A stretch of 55,943 nucleotides of DNA from an uncultured Candidatus Saccharibacteria bacterium (GCA_964536135.1 CAZHVM010000003.1:1-55943), one strand, 5' to 3'; counted from the first letter of the stretch, positions 1-10,588 are shown. Made by a program: numbers and translations. The notes: generated by a model from the letters alone, not told the origin.

Positions 1-55
1 ATATGATTGGAAGAAGGTGATGAAAAAAGTTGATGAGATATATAATAAATTATAG
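1..55 (+). CDS. 3' end of an upstream CDS (partial); the C-terminus looks like a GT4-type glycosyltransferase tail
   Basis: Frame 2 reads ...YDWKKVMKKVDEIYNKL, then TAG at 53-55. This resembles the tails of GT4 enzymes in this window (FTWDNVLMKVQEIYNDL, FSWEETARKTKLLYDKV). Confidence 0.4.
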   Translation, partial: YDWKKVMKKVDEIYNKL

Positions 56-57
56 GG

Positions 58-86
58 TTGAAAATTGAACTCTCTTTAAGTACAAT
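58..86 (+). promoter_or_regulatory. candidate sigma70-like promoter for the nucleotide-sugar operon
   Basis: TTGAAA (58-63), 17 nt spacer, TACAAT (81-86), upstream of the ATG at 125. Chance matches are likely in an AT-rich background. Confidence 0.3.
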
Positions 87-124
87 TATCAATCTATCGG
101 AAATAACTTTAAAAATAAAAAATC

Positions 125-1144
125 ATGACCAAAAGAAGAGTTGGAATAATAGGTTGTGGGCATATATTGGTTAGACATTTAGAATCAATAGCTCAGAATC
201 CGGAGGAATTTGAGTTAGTTGCACTATGTGATATTAACAAAGAAGTTTTAGACAAAGCAGTAAAAGAGAATGGTGATGTAAAAGGTTTCTTAGATTACAA
301 AGATATGTTAAAAGAGATGAACGGAAAGATGGATTTTGTCACAATATGTACCCCAAATCATCTTCATTATCCAATGGCTATGGATGCCATGTATGCAGGA
401 TATAATATTTTGATTGAGAAACCAATTGCATTTGAAGCTTCTAAAGTACAAGAAATCCAAGCTGAAGCAGATAAACTTGGAAGAGAAGCTTATTGCGTAT
501 TACAGGTTAGATATAACCCAACCGTAAAAATGATGGAAAGAGCTTTGGAGTGTGGACTGCTTGGGGATATAAGATCGGTTTGTTTTATTCAAAGATGGCA
601 AAGACCAGTGGGATATTTTAAAGACTGGAGAGGTTCTATTGAAGAGGGCGGAAGATCTTTATATGAATATGGTATTCATTATTTAGATATTGTTCAGAAA
701 CTTTTCGGAGTTCCAGAGGTACATTCAACAGATACTTTTAATCATAAGCATATGGATATTCCATTTGAAGATACTTCATACTCTATTGTTGAGTTCAAGA
801 ATGGAGCATCGGGAAGTGTAGAAGTTAATGTGTCGGTTGAGCCTTCAAATTTAGAATGTTCAATAGCGATAATGGGATCAAAAGGATATCTAAAAATCAG
901 TGGAAATGCTTTAGATCAAGTTGAAAGAGCATCTTTTGAAAATGAAGAATTACAGAAAAAATGGGAAGAGATACAGTCAACAAGTGGTGAGTCTTTAACT
1001 CCAAATTCTTATGGTACACATGTTGGTTCATGTCCAAATCATCCTACATTATATAAGGAAATAGCAAACGGAAATGGATTGAAAGTAAAAGAATCAATTG
1101 GTTCTATCCAATTCATTCAAAATATTTATAACAAAGACAAATAA
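125..1144 (+). CDS. Gfo/Idh/MocA-family NAD-dependent oxidoreductase; WbpB-like UDP-sugar 3-dehydrogenase candidate
   Basis: N-terminal Rossmann motif RVGIIGCGHI and the EKP motif (LIEKPIAFE). It lies directly upstream of acetyltransferase, aminotransferase and UDP-sugar dehydrogenase genes. Confidence 0.75.
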   Translation: MTKRRVGIIGCGHILVRHLESIAQNPEEFELVALCDINKEVLDKAVKENGDVKGFLDYKDMLKEMNGKMDFVTICTPNHLHYPMAMDAMYAGYNILIEKPIAFEASKVQEIQAEADKLGREAYCVLQVRYNPTVKMMERALECGLLGDIRSVCFIQRWQRPVGYFKDWRGSIEEGGRSLYEYGIHYLDIVQKLFGVPEVHSTDTFNHKHMDIPFEDTSYSIVEFKNGASGSVEVNVSVEPSNLECSIAIMGSKGYLKISGNALDQVERASFENEELQKKWEEIQSTSGESLTPNSYGTHVGSCPNHPTLYKEIANGNGLKVKESIGSIQFIQNIYNKDK

Positions 1145-1145
1145 G

Positions 1146-1802
1146 ATGGAGATAAAAGAAAATATAAACAAAAAAGAATATGTTGAACTTGGAGAAGATA
1201 TAAAAATTCATCCTGATGCAGAGATAACAAGTGGAACTGTTTTGGGATCAGGTACAACTATTCATGATTGCAAATTAGGAAAAGTAAATATAGGAGAAGG
1301 TTGTATAATCGGAAACTTTACCCTATTGGAAGATGCAGTCTCAATTGGAGATGGTTCTAAAATATGGCATTTTTGTCATATCCGAAACAATGTCCAAATA
1401 GGGAAAAATTGTATATTAGGGAATTATGTTTTTATAGATTCAGGAGTAAAGATTGGTGATGAAACAAAGATTCAAAATTATGTCCCTGTATATCACGGAG
1501 TCGAGATGGAAGAAGGGGTCTTTTTAGGACCAAATGCTCTTACAACAAATGATATGATTCCAAGATCTAGAACAGAGGAAGGAGAGATAAAGGAAGGAAC
1601 AGATTGGGAAGTTAGTGCTATTCACATAGGTAAAGATGCTTCTATTGGGGCAGGTGCTGTACTAAGACCGGGGATTAGGATTGGAGAGAAGGCTTTGATT
1701 GGAGCAGGTGCTGTTGTGACAAAAGATGTCCCAGCAGGAGCTGTTGTTGTAGGAAATCCAGGGAAGGTCATTAAATACATTGACGGTTACGGAGAGAAAT
1801 AA
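1146..1802 (+). CDS. hexapeptide-repeat (left-handed beta-helix) N-acetyltransferase, WbpD-like
   Basis: Repeated [LIV]G-x4 hexapeptides (IGKNCILGNYVFIDSGVKIGDETKI; IGAGAVLRPGIRIGEKALIGAGAVV). I prefer the ATG at 1146 (MEIKEN) over the track start at 1098, which overlaps the previous gene. Confidence 0.75.
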   Translation: MEIKENINKKEYVELGEDIKIHPDAEITSGTVLGSGTTIHDCKLGKVNIGEGCIIGNFTLLEDAVSIGDGSKIWHFCHIRNNVQIGKNCILGNYVFIDSGVKIGDETKIQNYVPVYHGVEMEEGVFLGPNALTTNDMIPRSRTEEGEIKEGTDWEVSAIHIGKDASIGAGAVLRPGIRIGEKALIGAGAVVTKDVPAGAVVVGNPGKVIKYIDGYGEK

Positions 1803-1819
1803 ATTTTAACAATTTTTAT

Positions 1820-2926
1820 ATGATTCCAGTATCAAAACCCTTAATTGAGAATGAAGAAATAAATGCAGTTGTGGATGTCCTTAAATCTGGAATGATTGCA
1901 CAAGGACCAAAGACTAAAGAATTTGAAGAAATGTTTGCAAAGTATTCTGGTACAAAGCATGCAATTGCTTTTTCTAATGGTACAACAGCAATTCATGCTG
2001 GAGTAATAGCATCTGATTTTAAAGATGGAGATGAAGCCATAACGGTACCGTTTACCTTTGTTGCTACTGCAAATCCTGTATTAATGGAGAGAGGAAAAGT
2101 AGTATTTGTAGATATATCAGAAGATGATTTCTGTATAGATCCTAGCAAAGTAGAGGAAAAGGTTACTGATAAAACGAAATTAATAATTCCAGTAGATTTA
2201 TATGGTCAAGTATACAAATATGATGAAATAAAAGAGATCGCAGATAAAAATGGTATTAAAATTCTTGAGGATGCATGCCAAGCTGTTGGTGCAGAAAGAA
2301 ATGGTAAAAAAGCTGGGAGCTTTGGTGATCTAGCGACGTTTTCTCTTTATGCAACAAAAAACATTACGACTGGAGAAGGAGGGATGCTAACTACGAATGA
2401 TGATGAAATAGCCAGGAGAGCTAAAATGTATAGACATCACGGACAAGATGAAGCTGTTAGGTATGAGTACTTAGCCGTAGGCCATAATTATAGAATGACA
2501 GATATCGCTGCAGCTATTGGAGTTGAGCAAATGAAGAAGATAGATAGAATAATACAAGCAAGAGTTAGTAATGCCACAAAATTATCGGAAGGATTAAAAA
2601 ATGTGGAGGGTATAATAACTCCAAAAATAATGGATGGAAATACCCATGTGTACCATCAATATACAATTAGAATTACAGAAGAGTATGGTCACAGTAGAGA
2701 TGAATTACTTGAATATTTGAAAGAAAATGAGATTGGATCTGGAGTTTATTATCCAAAGCCTCTACATATGCACGAACATTTCAAAAAAATGGGATACAAA
2801 GAAGGAGATTTTCCTGTTTCAGAGAAATTATCAAAACAGGTCCTATCATTGCCAGTAAATCCTTTTGTTACAGCAGAAGATGTAGAGAAGATAGTCGAAA
2901 AGATTGTCCAATTTGCAAAGAAATAA
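1820..2926 (+). CDS. DegT/DnrJ/EryC1/StrS-family PLP-dependent sugar aminotransferase, WbpE-like
   Basis: Family-typical N-terminus (IPVSKPLIENEEINAV) and a PLP-lysine region (FSLYATKNITTGEGGML). Confidence 0.85.
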   Translation: MIPVSKPLIENEEINAVVDVLKSGMIAQGPKTKEFEEMFAKYSGTKHAIAFSNGTTAIHAGVIASDFKDGDEAITVPFTFVATANPVLMERGKVVFVDISEDDFCIDPSKVEEKVTDKTKLIIPVDLYGQVYKYDEIKEIADKNGIKILEDACQAVGAERNGKKAGSFGDLATFSLYATKNITTGEGGMLTTNDDEIARRAKMYRHHGQDEAVRYEYLAVGHNYRMTDIAAAIGVEQMKKIDRIIQARVSNATKLSEGLKNVEGIITPKIMDGNTHVYHQYTIRITEEYGHSRDELLEYLKENEIGSGVYYPKPLHMHEHFKKMGYKEGDFPVSEKLSKQVLSLPVNPFVTAEDVEKIVEKIVQFAKK

Positions 2927-2944
2927 AATCTAATAAAGAAAAGA

Positions 2945-4264
2945 ATGAGTAAAGAAACAGTAGCAATTTGTGGTTTAGGTTATGTTGGGTATCCAGTAGC
3001 AATGTTGTTTGCAGATGCAGGATTTGATGTTATTGGAGTAGATATCCTGGAAGACAGAGTAAAGAGATTAAATGAAGGAGAAAATCCTATCAAAGGGCAA
3101 GAACCAGGTTTGGATGATTTAGTAGAAGAAGTCTTCAAAAAGGGAAATTTTAGAGCAACTGCAGATATGAAAGAGTACAATCTTGCAGATTATATAATTG
3201 TTGCTGTTCAAACTCCTGTTGCAGAAGAAAACAAAAAACCAACCTATGAGAATTTAAAAGGCGCTCTTAGAGGTATTGGAAAGAATATGAAGAAAGGTGT
3301 TACGGTTATTATAGAATCTACAATAGCACCAGGAACTATGGAACATGTTGTTAAACCAATCTTGGAGGAAGAATCGGGTCTAAAAGCTGGAGAAGATTTC
3401 TTGTTAGCAAATTGTCCTGAGAGATTGATGCCAGGACATCTTTTGGAAAATATCCGATATTACAATAGAGTTATTGGAGGTTGGACTCCTGAATCTGCAA
3501 AAAAGGTAAAAGAATTATATAAGAATGTTGTTAAAGGAGAATTGCAAGAGACAGATTGTATAACCGCAGAGATAGTTAAAGCTGGAGAGAATACCTACCG
3601 TGATGTGCAGATAGCTTTTGCAAATGAGATGGCATTACTGTGTGAAGCATATGGAGCAAATGTCTGGAAAGTTCGAGAATTTATCAATAATTGTAAAAAA
3701 GTTACTGAAACCAGGCCAGAGGCATTAAGACAGATGCATTTCCCAGGTGCAGGAGTTGGAGGACATTGTATCCCTAAAGATTCATGGTTACTTATCCATG
3801 AAGTAAGAGATATTGTAAATCCAAAGCTTATTCCTACAGCAAGGTATATCAATGATTTTATGCCATTACATATGTTTGATCTTTTGAAAGATGGATTAAA
3901 AGAGGCAGGAAAGAAGCTTCGTGAGGTCAATGTTTTAGTTCTTGGATATGCTTACGATGCTAATTCTGACGATGACAGAAATACCCCAACTGTTCCATTT
4001 ATTGAGAAATTAAAAGAAAATAAAGTGAGATTTGAAATCCAGGATCCATTTATTAAGGATTATAAAGGTGATGTAAAAGAAATGTTGAAGGGTAAAGATG
4101 CTATTGTTCTTATGACAGGTCATGGTGAGTATAAAGAATTAGAATATAAAGAAATTGCAAAACTCATGAACAAGAATCCATTAATAATTGATGGAAGAAA
4201 TATCTTTGATAAAGAAGATGCAAGGAAGAATGGATTTGTATATAAAGGAGTTGGAAATATATAA
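2945..4264 (+). CDS. UDP-N-acetyl-hexosamine 6-dehydrogenase (nucleotide-sugar dehydrogenase, WbpA/WecC-like)
   Basis: GxGxxG (ICGLGYVGYP), a catalytic Cys motif (GGHCIPKD), and a typical UDPG_MGDP_dh length of 439 aa. Confidence 0.85.
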   Translation: MSKETVAICGLGYVGYPVAMLFADAGFDVIGVDILEDRVKRLNEGENPIKGQEPGLDDLVEEVFKKGNFRATADMKEYNLADYIIVAVQTPVAEENKKPTYENLKGALRGIGKNMKKGVTVIIESTIAPGTMEHVVKPILEEESGLKAGEDFLLANCPERLMPGHLLENIRYYNRVIGGWTPESAKKVKELYKNVVKGELQETDCITAEIVKAGENTYRDVQIAFANEMALLCEAYGANVWKVREFINNCKKVTETRPEALRQMHFPGAGVGGHCIPKDSWLLIHEVRDIVNPKLIPTARYINDFMPLHMFDLLKDGLKEAGKKLREVNVLVLGYAYDANSDDDRNTPTVPFIEKLKENKVRFEIQDPFIKDYKGDVKEMLKGKDAIVLMTGHGEYKELEYKEIAKLMNKNPLIIDGRNIFDKEDARKNGFVYKGVGNI

Positions 4265-4275
4265 AATTTCTCTTT

Positions 4276-6300
4276 ATGAAGGAATTAAAGAAAATCTATT
4301 TATTTGATTTGTTTGTTCTTGCGATTTCGGTATTTAGTTTGTTGAACATTATTCTTTTAGCTCTAGGTCTTTTTTATCCTTTATTATCATTAGGTATTAC
4401 AATCATTTTTTTGATTATTGGTCTTTTTGTATTTAGAATAAAAATAAATATTAAGGATAAAAGATTTGGGTTATTATTTTTGGTAGTTATAGCCTTAGCA
4501 TTAGCACTAAGAATTGCTCCCAACCTTTATCTAACAGGTGGACAAGATCAGGGAACTTATGTATCTCTATCAAAACAATATGAGATTAATCGTGGATTGT
4601 ATATTAAAGATGAATTAAGAGAATCTTTGTCAGAAAATTTAAAAGAGATTTATGATAAGGGAAATGTTTTTTTAGGATTGAAGTTTAAGGATAAAACAAC
4701 TTCAGAGTATACAATGCCTTTTTACCCTGTATTTCCATCTTGGATGGCAATCTTTGGTTCTACGATAGGATCAGACAGTAGAATTTATGCTCTTACATTA
4801 TTTAGTGTCTTGTCTATAGTTGGAGTATACCTCTTGGCATATGAAATATCTGGGAAGAATAAAAAGATTGGACTTTTATCTTCTTTTATAATTGCAATCA
4901 ATCCATTACACGTATATTTTTCAAGAGTTCCTCTTACAGAAGTAGTCTCATTAGCTTTTTTGTGTTTTGGCTTTTACTATTTAATTAAATTTTATAATGA
5001 TTATTTAAACAATAAAAAGAATATTTTATTCTTAATACTTTCCTTACTTTCTTTTACAACGCTGTTTTATACAAGGATGAGTGGAATTTTTTTCTTACCA
5101 ATAATAATATTAATACCATTACTAATTTTCTTATTTAGTAAGAATCTAAAACTTTTTAAATATTTTTTTTGGTATTCTGTCTCTTGGATTATTTCTCTTT
5201 TTTTATCGTATGAATTTTACAGGGCATTTATTCCAAACCTTTATCGACAAATAATCGGAAAAAGGTTGTTTAATTTAATAGGCACGGAGACTTTAATTTT
5301 ACTCGGGATTTTCTTGTGTGTTGTTTTGGTTGCAATCTTTTTTGTAAAAAAAATACGAGATAAATTGAACAGCATCTTGAAATTTTTTTATAAATATTTT
5401 TATACCATTGCGTTACTATTATTTTTCGGCTTAATTTTTTACGAATTATATTTTTATATTAAAGATACGTTTGTAAACAACAATTATTCTTTGTTGTCTG
5501 ATGAAAGTTTATCTTTATTTAAACAGCAAAGTTTCTTAGTGGGTTTGTTATATCTTTCTCCATTTGGTTTTGCAGTATTACCAATATCATTTGTATATCT
5601 AAAAAAGAAGAAGGATATAAAGATGGTGTTGTTAATATTGATGATATTAATCTTTTTAATATATTATTGGGGAGTATTAAGGCTTACTCAGTATCATTAT
5701 TACTTTGCCAGATACCAATTAAGTGAATTGATTCCTTTTTGTACAATTTTGATATCAATGTTTTTAATAGATATATGTAAAAACAAAGTAGGAAAAATAG
5801 TAAGCATAATATTAATCTCCTTGATGACAATATATTTTGGATATTTCTCTATACTACAATTGAATGATAATGAGGGTGCCCAAAAAGAGAATTTCACTGA
5901 AATACAGGAATTAGTTGGAGAGAAGGATTTGTTACTAGTCGCAAAAGATGAGTTTGGTTCTTTCAATCAGATTATTTTCCCAATTAAGTACTATGACAAT
6001 ATAAATACTTTCTCATTATCTTCGTTAGACTATATTGATAATCCTGAAATTAAAAGATTGACCGAAAAATATAACAATGTTTACCTATTATCTACAATGG
6101 GAACAATATCAAAAGAAAATATAAAACTTGTAAAGGAGATAGATTTTAAGCATAATTACTTTGTGCATTGTAATAGAAGTGAAGATGCATATTTTGAAAT
6201 GGATGGACATTCTAAAGATATTCCATTCTGTAAATATATAATAATACCAAATAGATACTATTATGGTACATATAAAATGTATTTATACGAGTGGGAATAA
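4276..6300 (+). CDS. polytopic membrane protein; GT-C-fold (ArnT/PMT_2-like) glycosyltransferase candidate
   Basis: 674 aa with many hydrophobic helices. An acidic/polar loop follows the first helices (NLYLTGGQDQGTYVS), and the C-terminal part of about 130 aa is non-hydrophobic. It lies next to a polyprenyl-phosphate sugar synthase. Confidence 0.5.
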   Translation: MKELKKIYLFDLFVLAISVFSLLNIILLALGLFYPLLSLGITIIFLIIGLFVFRIKINIKDKRFGLLFLVVIALALALRIAPNLYLTGGQDQGTYVSLSKQYEINRGLYIKDELRESLSENLKEIYDKGNVFLGLKFKDKTTSEYTMPFYPVFPSWMAIFGSTIGSDSRIYALTLFSVLSIVGVYLLAYEISGKNKKIGLLSSFIIAINPLHVYFSRVPLTEVVSLAFLCFGFYYLIKFYNDYLNNKKNILFLILSLLSFTTLFYTRMSGIFFLPIIILIPLLIFLFSKNLKLFKYFFWYSVSWIISLFLSYEFYRAFIPNLYRQIIGKRLFNLIGTETLILLGIFLCVVLVAIFFVKKIRDKLNSILKFFYKYFYTIALLLFFGLIFYELYFYIKDTFVNNNYSLLSDESLSLFKQQSFLVGLLYLSPFGFAVLPISFVYLKKKKDIKMVLLILMILIFLIYYWGVLRLTQYHYYFARYQLSELIPFCTILISMFLIDICKNKVGKIVSIILISLMTIYFGYFSILQLNDNEGAQKENFTEIQELVGEKDLLLVAKDEFGSFNQIIFPIKYYDNINTFSLSSLDYIDNPEIKRLTEKYNNVYLLSTMGTISKENIKLVKEIDFKHNYFVHCNRSEDAYFEMDGHSKDIPFCKYIIIPNRYYYGTYKMYLYEWE

Positions 6301-6326
6301 CGAATCTAAATTGATATAATGAATTC

Positions 6327-7415
6327 ATGTTAAAAAATAAAACTATTGCAGTAGTAGTTCCTGCGTACAATGAAGAAAAACAGATTGGAATGGTAATTGA
6401 ATCTATGCCAGAGTTTGTAGATAGAATAGTGATCGTAAATGACTGCTCCAAAGATAATACTGCTAAAGTTGTAAAAGAATATATTGCTAAAGATAACGCT
6501 AAGGTTATTGATTTAAATCACAGAGCTAAAGTTGTTCCAAATAGATACAATTATGCAGAGGTGGTAGTTGAAAAGATGGAAAAGGAAGAAAAAAGCTATT
6601 TTATTCCATCAGAAATAGAGAGTTCCACAAATTCTAGAATTATTTTAATAAATCATTTAGAGAATGGTTCTGTTGGTGCGGCAATGGCTACTGGATATAA
6701 ATGGTGTTTGGACAATAATATAGATTGCGCAGGTTTAATGGGTGGTGATGGTCAAATGGATCCTGAAGAGCTTGAAGCTATATGTCTGCCTGTTGTTGAG
6801 GGTGAAGTGGATTATGTGAAGGGTAATAGACTTAAGCATAGATCTGCAAGTTTAGTTATTCCGAAGGTAAGATTTTTTGGTAATTCAATTCTTTCTCTTC
6901 TTACAAAGATAGCTAGTGGTTATTGGCAGGTTTCAGATACACAGACTGGTTATACAGCAATATCTTTGGAGGCACTAAAGGGAATAAAGTTATATACAAT
7001 ATATAAATCTTATGGTTGTCCAAATGATATGTTGGTAAAATTGAATATTGCAAATTTTACAATTAAAGAAGTACCAATAAAGCCTGTTTATCATGTCGGG
7101 GAAGAATCCAAGATGAAAATATTTAAAGTAATTCCAAGAGTAAGTTGGTTGTTATTTAAGCTTTTCTGGCTTAGGTTGTATAAAAAATATTTGTTTAGAG
7201 ATTTTCATCCTTTATTTCTTCTATATCATTTATCTTTTACATTATTGATTATCAATATTCCTTACTCTATTGCTGTGTTTAACGATATATTTCTAGGAGA
7301 CAAGATATCTACTAATTCATTAATTGCATTCATGTTCCTTTCCATAACGGGATTTCAATCATTGTTTTTTGCTATGTGGATGGATATGATGGATAACCAG
7401 AGACTACAAAAATAA
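6327..7415 (+). CDS. GT2 polyprenyl-phosphate sugar synthase (GtrB/ArnC/Dpm1-like) with C-terminal TM helices
   Basis: Motifs VVVPAYNEEKQI...IVIVNDCSKDNT and GGDGQMDPEE, plus two C-terminal hydrophobic helices (FHPLFLLYHLSFTLLII; LIAFMFLSITGFQSLFFAMW). Confidence 0.75.
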   Translation: MLKNKTIAVVVPAYNEEKQIGMVIESMPEFVDRIVIVNDCSKDNTAKVVKEYIAKDNAKVIDLNHRAKVVPNRYNYAEVVVEKMEKEEKSYFIPSEIESSTNSRIILINHLENGSVGAAMATGYKWCLDNNIDCAGLMGGDGQMDPEELEAICLPVVEGEVDYVKGNRLKHRSASLVIPKVRFFGNSILSLLTKIASGYWQVSDTQTGYTAISLEALKGIKLYTIYKSYGCPNDMLVKLNIANFTIKEVPIKPVYHVGEESKMKIFKVIPRVSWLLFKLFWLRLYKKYLFRDFHPLFLLYHLSFTLLIINIPYSIAVFNDIFLGDKISTNSLIAFMFLSITGFQSLFFAMWMDMMDNQRLQK

Positions 7416-7434
7416 ATGAGACTTTTTCTAGCAG

Positions 7435-9297
7435 ATGAAATTAAATCTAAGTAAACAAGACAAATGGGCATTGATAATAATTCTTATTAATTTTGCCTTA
7501 CTATCTGTAATATCCTATTTTAGGTATGCAGTATTTGATGAGAAGATCTATCTTCATGAGACTATCATGATGAGTGAGATCTTAAAACAAGGTGAATGGA
7601 TTGGAAATTACGGAGTCGGTTTGCACGGTTTTCTATTCAAGCTACCAGTGGCCATTACTTTTATGATAACTGGTCCTTCTACATATGTAGCAACATTTTT
7701 TCATATTATCTTGGCTTCAGTAACATGTTGGATCTTCTATAGAATCTTGGCTTACAACTTGAATCTAAAAAAATGGTCAATCATTGGGCTTGTTTTGTTA
7801 ATCTCTAATTATAGTATGTTTAGTTGGTCATTAACTTTTCATCGAGAAGTACCTGTTCTGTTTGCTTTGATGTTATTTACCTACTTCATCATTAATCACA
7901 AAGAAAGGATATTCTTAAATGGTCTGTTACTTCTACTAATACTAGATGCAAAAGAGTATGTTTTTTTTATTGTTTTACCAGTTTTGTTAATTTATCTTTT
8001 TGTTTTAAATGATGGGGAAAAGAAATTAATTCAAAGAGTATTGTCTACAGTAAAATCATTACTGTTCTTACTGTTTCCATCCTTAGTATATCTTGTATTA
8101 ATGTTTACAACCTCGATTATACCGGTCAATATGTTTGATGCGTCTTTGCTTGGTCTAACAGAAGGACATTTCGGGTATCAAATAGCTCACACCTTACCTA
8201 GTAAAGCTCTAACAGATTTAAGTAGTTATTTAAATAACAATATTTTATACCGCGTAATAAGAAATGTTTCTACAGATATATGGGGAATTATTCAAGTTAT
8301 TCCTTTGTATGTTGCAAGTTATTTTGAAAAATTCCTATACATTTCAACATTCTCTTTCCAAGGGATATCTATATTTGTTTTAATACCATCCTTCATTTCA
8401 TCGTTGTATATCTTCAAGAAGTGGAGGAAAAGTAAAAAACAGTTGTTGTTCTTAGTGTTATTCTTTTGGGTGTTTATCATTGTTTATATGATTAGGTCGT
8501 CTCATCAGCGATATATATTACCTTTATTGCCTTTTTTAATAATCTTCTTAATAATTGGTTTAATAACAGTAACAAAAGAATGGTCAAAGTATCGAAAATT
8601 CTATTTATCAACAATTATAATCTCAGCTTTTGCTTTTTTAACGACAATCTTATATCAAGACTTAACTGATTTACGAGTGCTTTTTAATATTGCTTCAGGC
8701 TTTGTTATATTACTTTTGCTTGGAGGGCTATCTTATTTTAAGAGATATCGTAAAGTAATAATCAATCTAATAGTAATATTTATTATTGGTGCTTCTTTGT
8801 TTATCAATATTTATGCAATATCAACAAAAAATCAGATATATAAAAGTTTAACTTGGGGGATTAATGGAGAGGCTAACAGGATAGCGCAAATGCTTTCTCC
8901 TGAAGACGTTATATTTGTTGATTGTAAATCAGGGACTATATCAGAATTCACTTATCTTATAAATTTTTACAGGAAAAACAATCATCTACCAATAGAATGG
9001 CATTGGAAGTTGGATAAGAATTTAGTTAAAAGAAAGCTTGATGCAGTAGAAATTAGACCAAATTTTTATAATGAATTTGACGTAACAGATACGGTGGCCT
9101 TTAAATCATATATAATTGAAAATGATATAAACAAAATAGTCCTTCTGAAGTCTAAATTAGAAGATCAGAAATTTCCATTAGAGGATTATATTGAAGTATT
9201 TGAAAAAGAGAATTGGCTGAAATCAGAACAAACTCAGCAAATGAAAAATAAGACAGTATATATATTTGAGATAATAGATGAAAACATTAAAGAATAA
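7435..9297 (+). CDS. polytopic membrane protein, GT-C-like glycosyltransferase candidate (paralogue A of 16613-18517)
   Basis: 620 aa and multi-TM. It has an acidic first-loop motif (FDEKIYLHET), then WIGNYGVGLHGF, and a soluble C-terminal domain. It shows full-length similarity to the 634-aa ORF at 16613. Confidence 0.5.
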   Translation: MKLNLSKQDKWALIIILINFALLSVISYFRYAVFDEKIYLHETIMMSEILKQGEWIGNYGVGLHGFLFKLPVAITFMITGPSTYVATFFHIILASVTCWIFYRILAYNLNLKKWSIIGLVLLISNYSMFSWSLTFHREVPVLFALMLFTYFIINHKERIFLNGLLLLLILDAKEYVFFIVLPVLLIYLFVLNDGEKKLIQRVLSTVKSLLFLLFPSLVYLVLMFTTSIIPVNMFDASLLGLTEGHFGYQIAHTLPSKALTDLSSYLNNNILYRVIRNVSTDIWGIIQVIPLYVASYFEKFLYISTFSFQGISIFVLIPSFISSLYIFKKWRKSKKQLLFLVLFFWVFIIVYMIRSSHQRYILPLLPFLIIFLIIGLITVTKEWSKYRKFYLSTIIISAFAFLTTILYQDLTDLRVLFNIASGFVILLLLGGLSYFKRYRKVIINLIVIFIIGASLFINIYAISTKNQIYKSLTWGINGEANRIAQMLSPEDVIFVDCKSGTISEFTYLINFYRKNNHLPIEWHWKLDKNLVKRKLDAVEIRPNFYNEFDVTDTVAFKSYIIENDINKIVLLKSKLEDQKFPLEDYIEVFEKENWLKSEQTQQMKNKTVYIFEIIDENIKE

Positions 9298-10588
9298 AAA
9301 AATAGTTATAATTACTGGGTTACCTTTTCGAAAACAGGGGAACCAAAGCCTTTTAAGGTTTGTAAATATGTTTTTGGATCGTAAGATTAAGGTTACAATG
9401 TTCTCTGCAGGTTTTGATCCAAACGGAGAGAACGTTCTCTCTAACTCATTGTTTTCAGTTAAGAGAATCAAAAGTTTGGAGATAGCTTTAACAATATTTT
9501 TAAATCAACGGTTCTTTAAAGAAAAGATTTTGGATGAACATAAAAAAAACATATTTCAAGAGATAAAATCAGAGACAGTATTGCCACCTTATGGGGAATA
9601 CAACCTTTTTACATTATTGGGCAAATGGTCGAAATGGTTTTTGGTGATTTTGGATAATATTTTACTCTTCCTCTCTTTAAATATAAGATTCTCAGATATA
9701 ATCAAAAAAGCAGATATTATAATTGGATATGAAGACAACTTTACTCTTTGTGCAAAGTGGATTTCCTCTGTTTGGAGAAAAAAGTATATTAATAAATTTC
9801 AGGGAACGATTCTAAGGGCAACAAATCGAAACAAATCTTTAGCAATAAGGTATTTTCCGCATAACTATTTCAGTTTGAACAAATCTGATTTGTGTCTTAT
9901 GGTCAATGATGGAACAGATGGAGATTATTACGCTAAAGAAATAGGTTGTAAGGAAATCTTTTTCGAACCTCATGGGGTTCTTCGGTATGAACATAAGGGG
10001 GATGAATTTGAGACACTAAAAAAATTAAAGAAAACCGGAAAATTTATATTATTCAACAATGCGAGTGGAAGTACTTGGAAAAGGCCAGACAGAGCTATTA
10101 GAGCATTGCTTAAGATTAGAAAAGATATATTAAAAGATATTCTTTTGATAACTACCTATTATGGACCAAATCGGGCAGAGCTAATTGAATATACTAAAGC
10201 AAGTGGATTAGACAGGAATGTTCTCTTTGTTGAAAGGTTAGACAATATCCAGTGTAATTACATACTACAAAATTCTGATGTAGTAATTATGACAAATGAC
10301 ATTAGTAACCTGGGTAATCCTGTCTTGGAAGCTATCTTTTATAAAATTCCAATTATATCAATAAATGATGGAAGTTTAGATGGTTTTGTTACTGACAAGA
10401 AGGATTCTCTTCTTGTAGATCTTGATGTCGAGTTTGATGAAAATGTCGCCAATGCAATTGAAAAGCTGTATAAGGATAGAGAATATTATCAAAATTTGAA
10501 AAGAAATATGAATAAAAACAACCAAGTAAAAGAGCTGTCTGTGCAACAAGCAAGAGAGTTTAACCATATTCAGAATCTATTTGTATGA
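9278..10588 (+). CDS. divergent GT4/GT-B-fold glycosyltransferase
   Basis: The C-terminal half has the GT-B donor-binding pattern (SDVVIMTNDISNLGNPVLEAIFYKIPIISINDGSLDGFVTD). It overlaps its neighbours by 20 nt and 4 nt. Confidence 0.55.
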   Translation: MKTLKNKKIVIITGLPFRKQGNQSLLRFVNMFLDRKIKVTMFSAGFDPNGENVLSNSLFSVKRIKSLEIALTIFLNQRFFKEKILDEHKKNIFQEIKSETVLPPYGEYNLFTLLGKWSKWFLVILDNILLFLSLNIRFSDIIKKADIIIGYEDNFTLCAKWISSVWRKKYINKFQGTILRATNRNKSLAIRYFPHNYFSLNKSDLCLMVNDGTDGDYYAKEIGCKEIFFEPHGVLRYEHKGDEFETLKKLKKTGKFILFNNASGSTWKRPDRAIRALLKIRKDILKDILLITTYYGPNRAELIEYTKASGLDRNVLFVERLDNIQCNYILQNSDVVIMTNDISNLGNPVLEAIFYKIPIISINDGSLDGFVTDKKDSLLVDLDVEFDENVANAIEKLYKDREYYQNLKRNMNKNNQVKELSVQQAREFNHIQNLFV

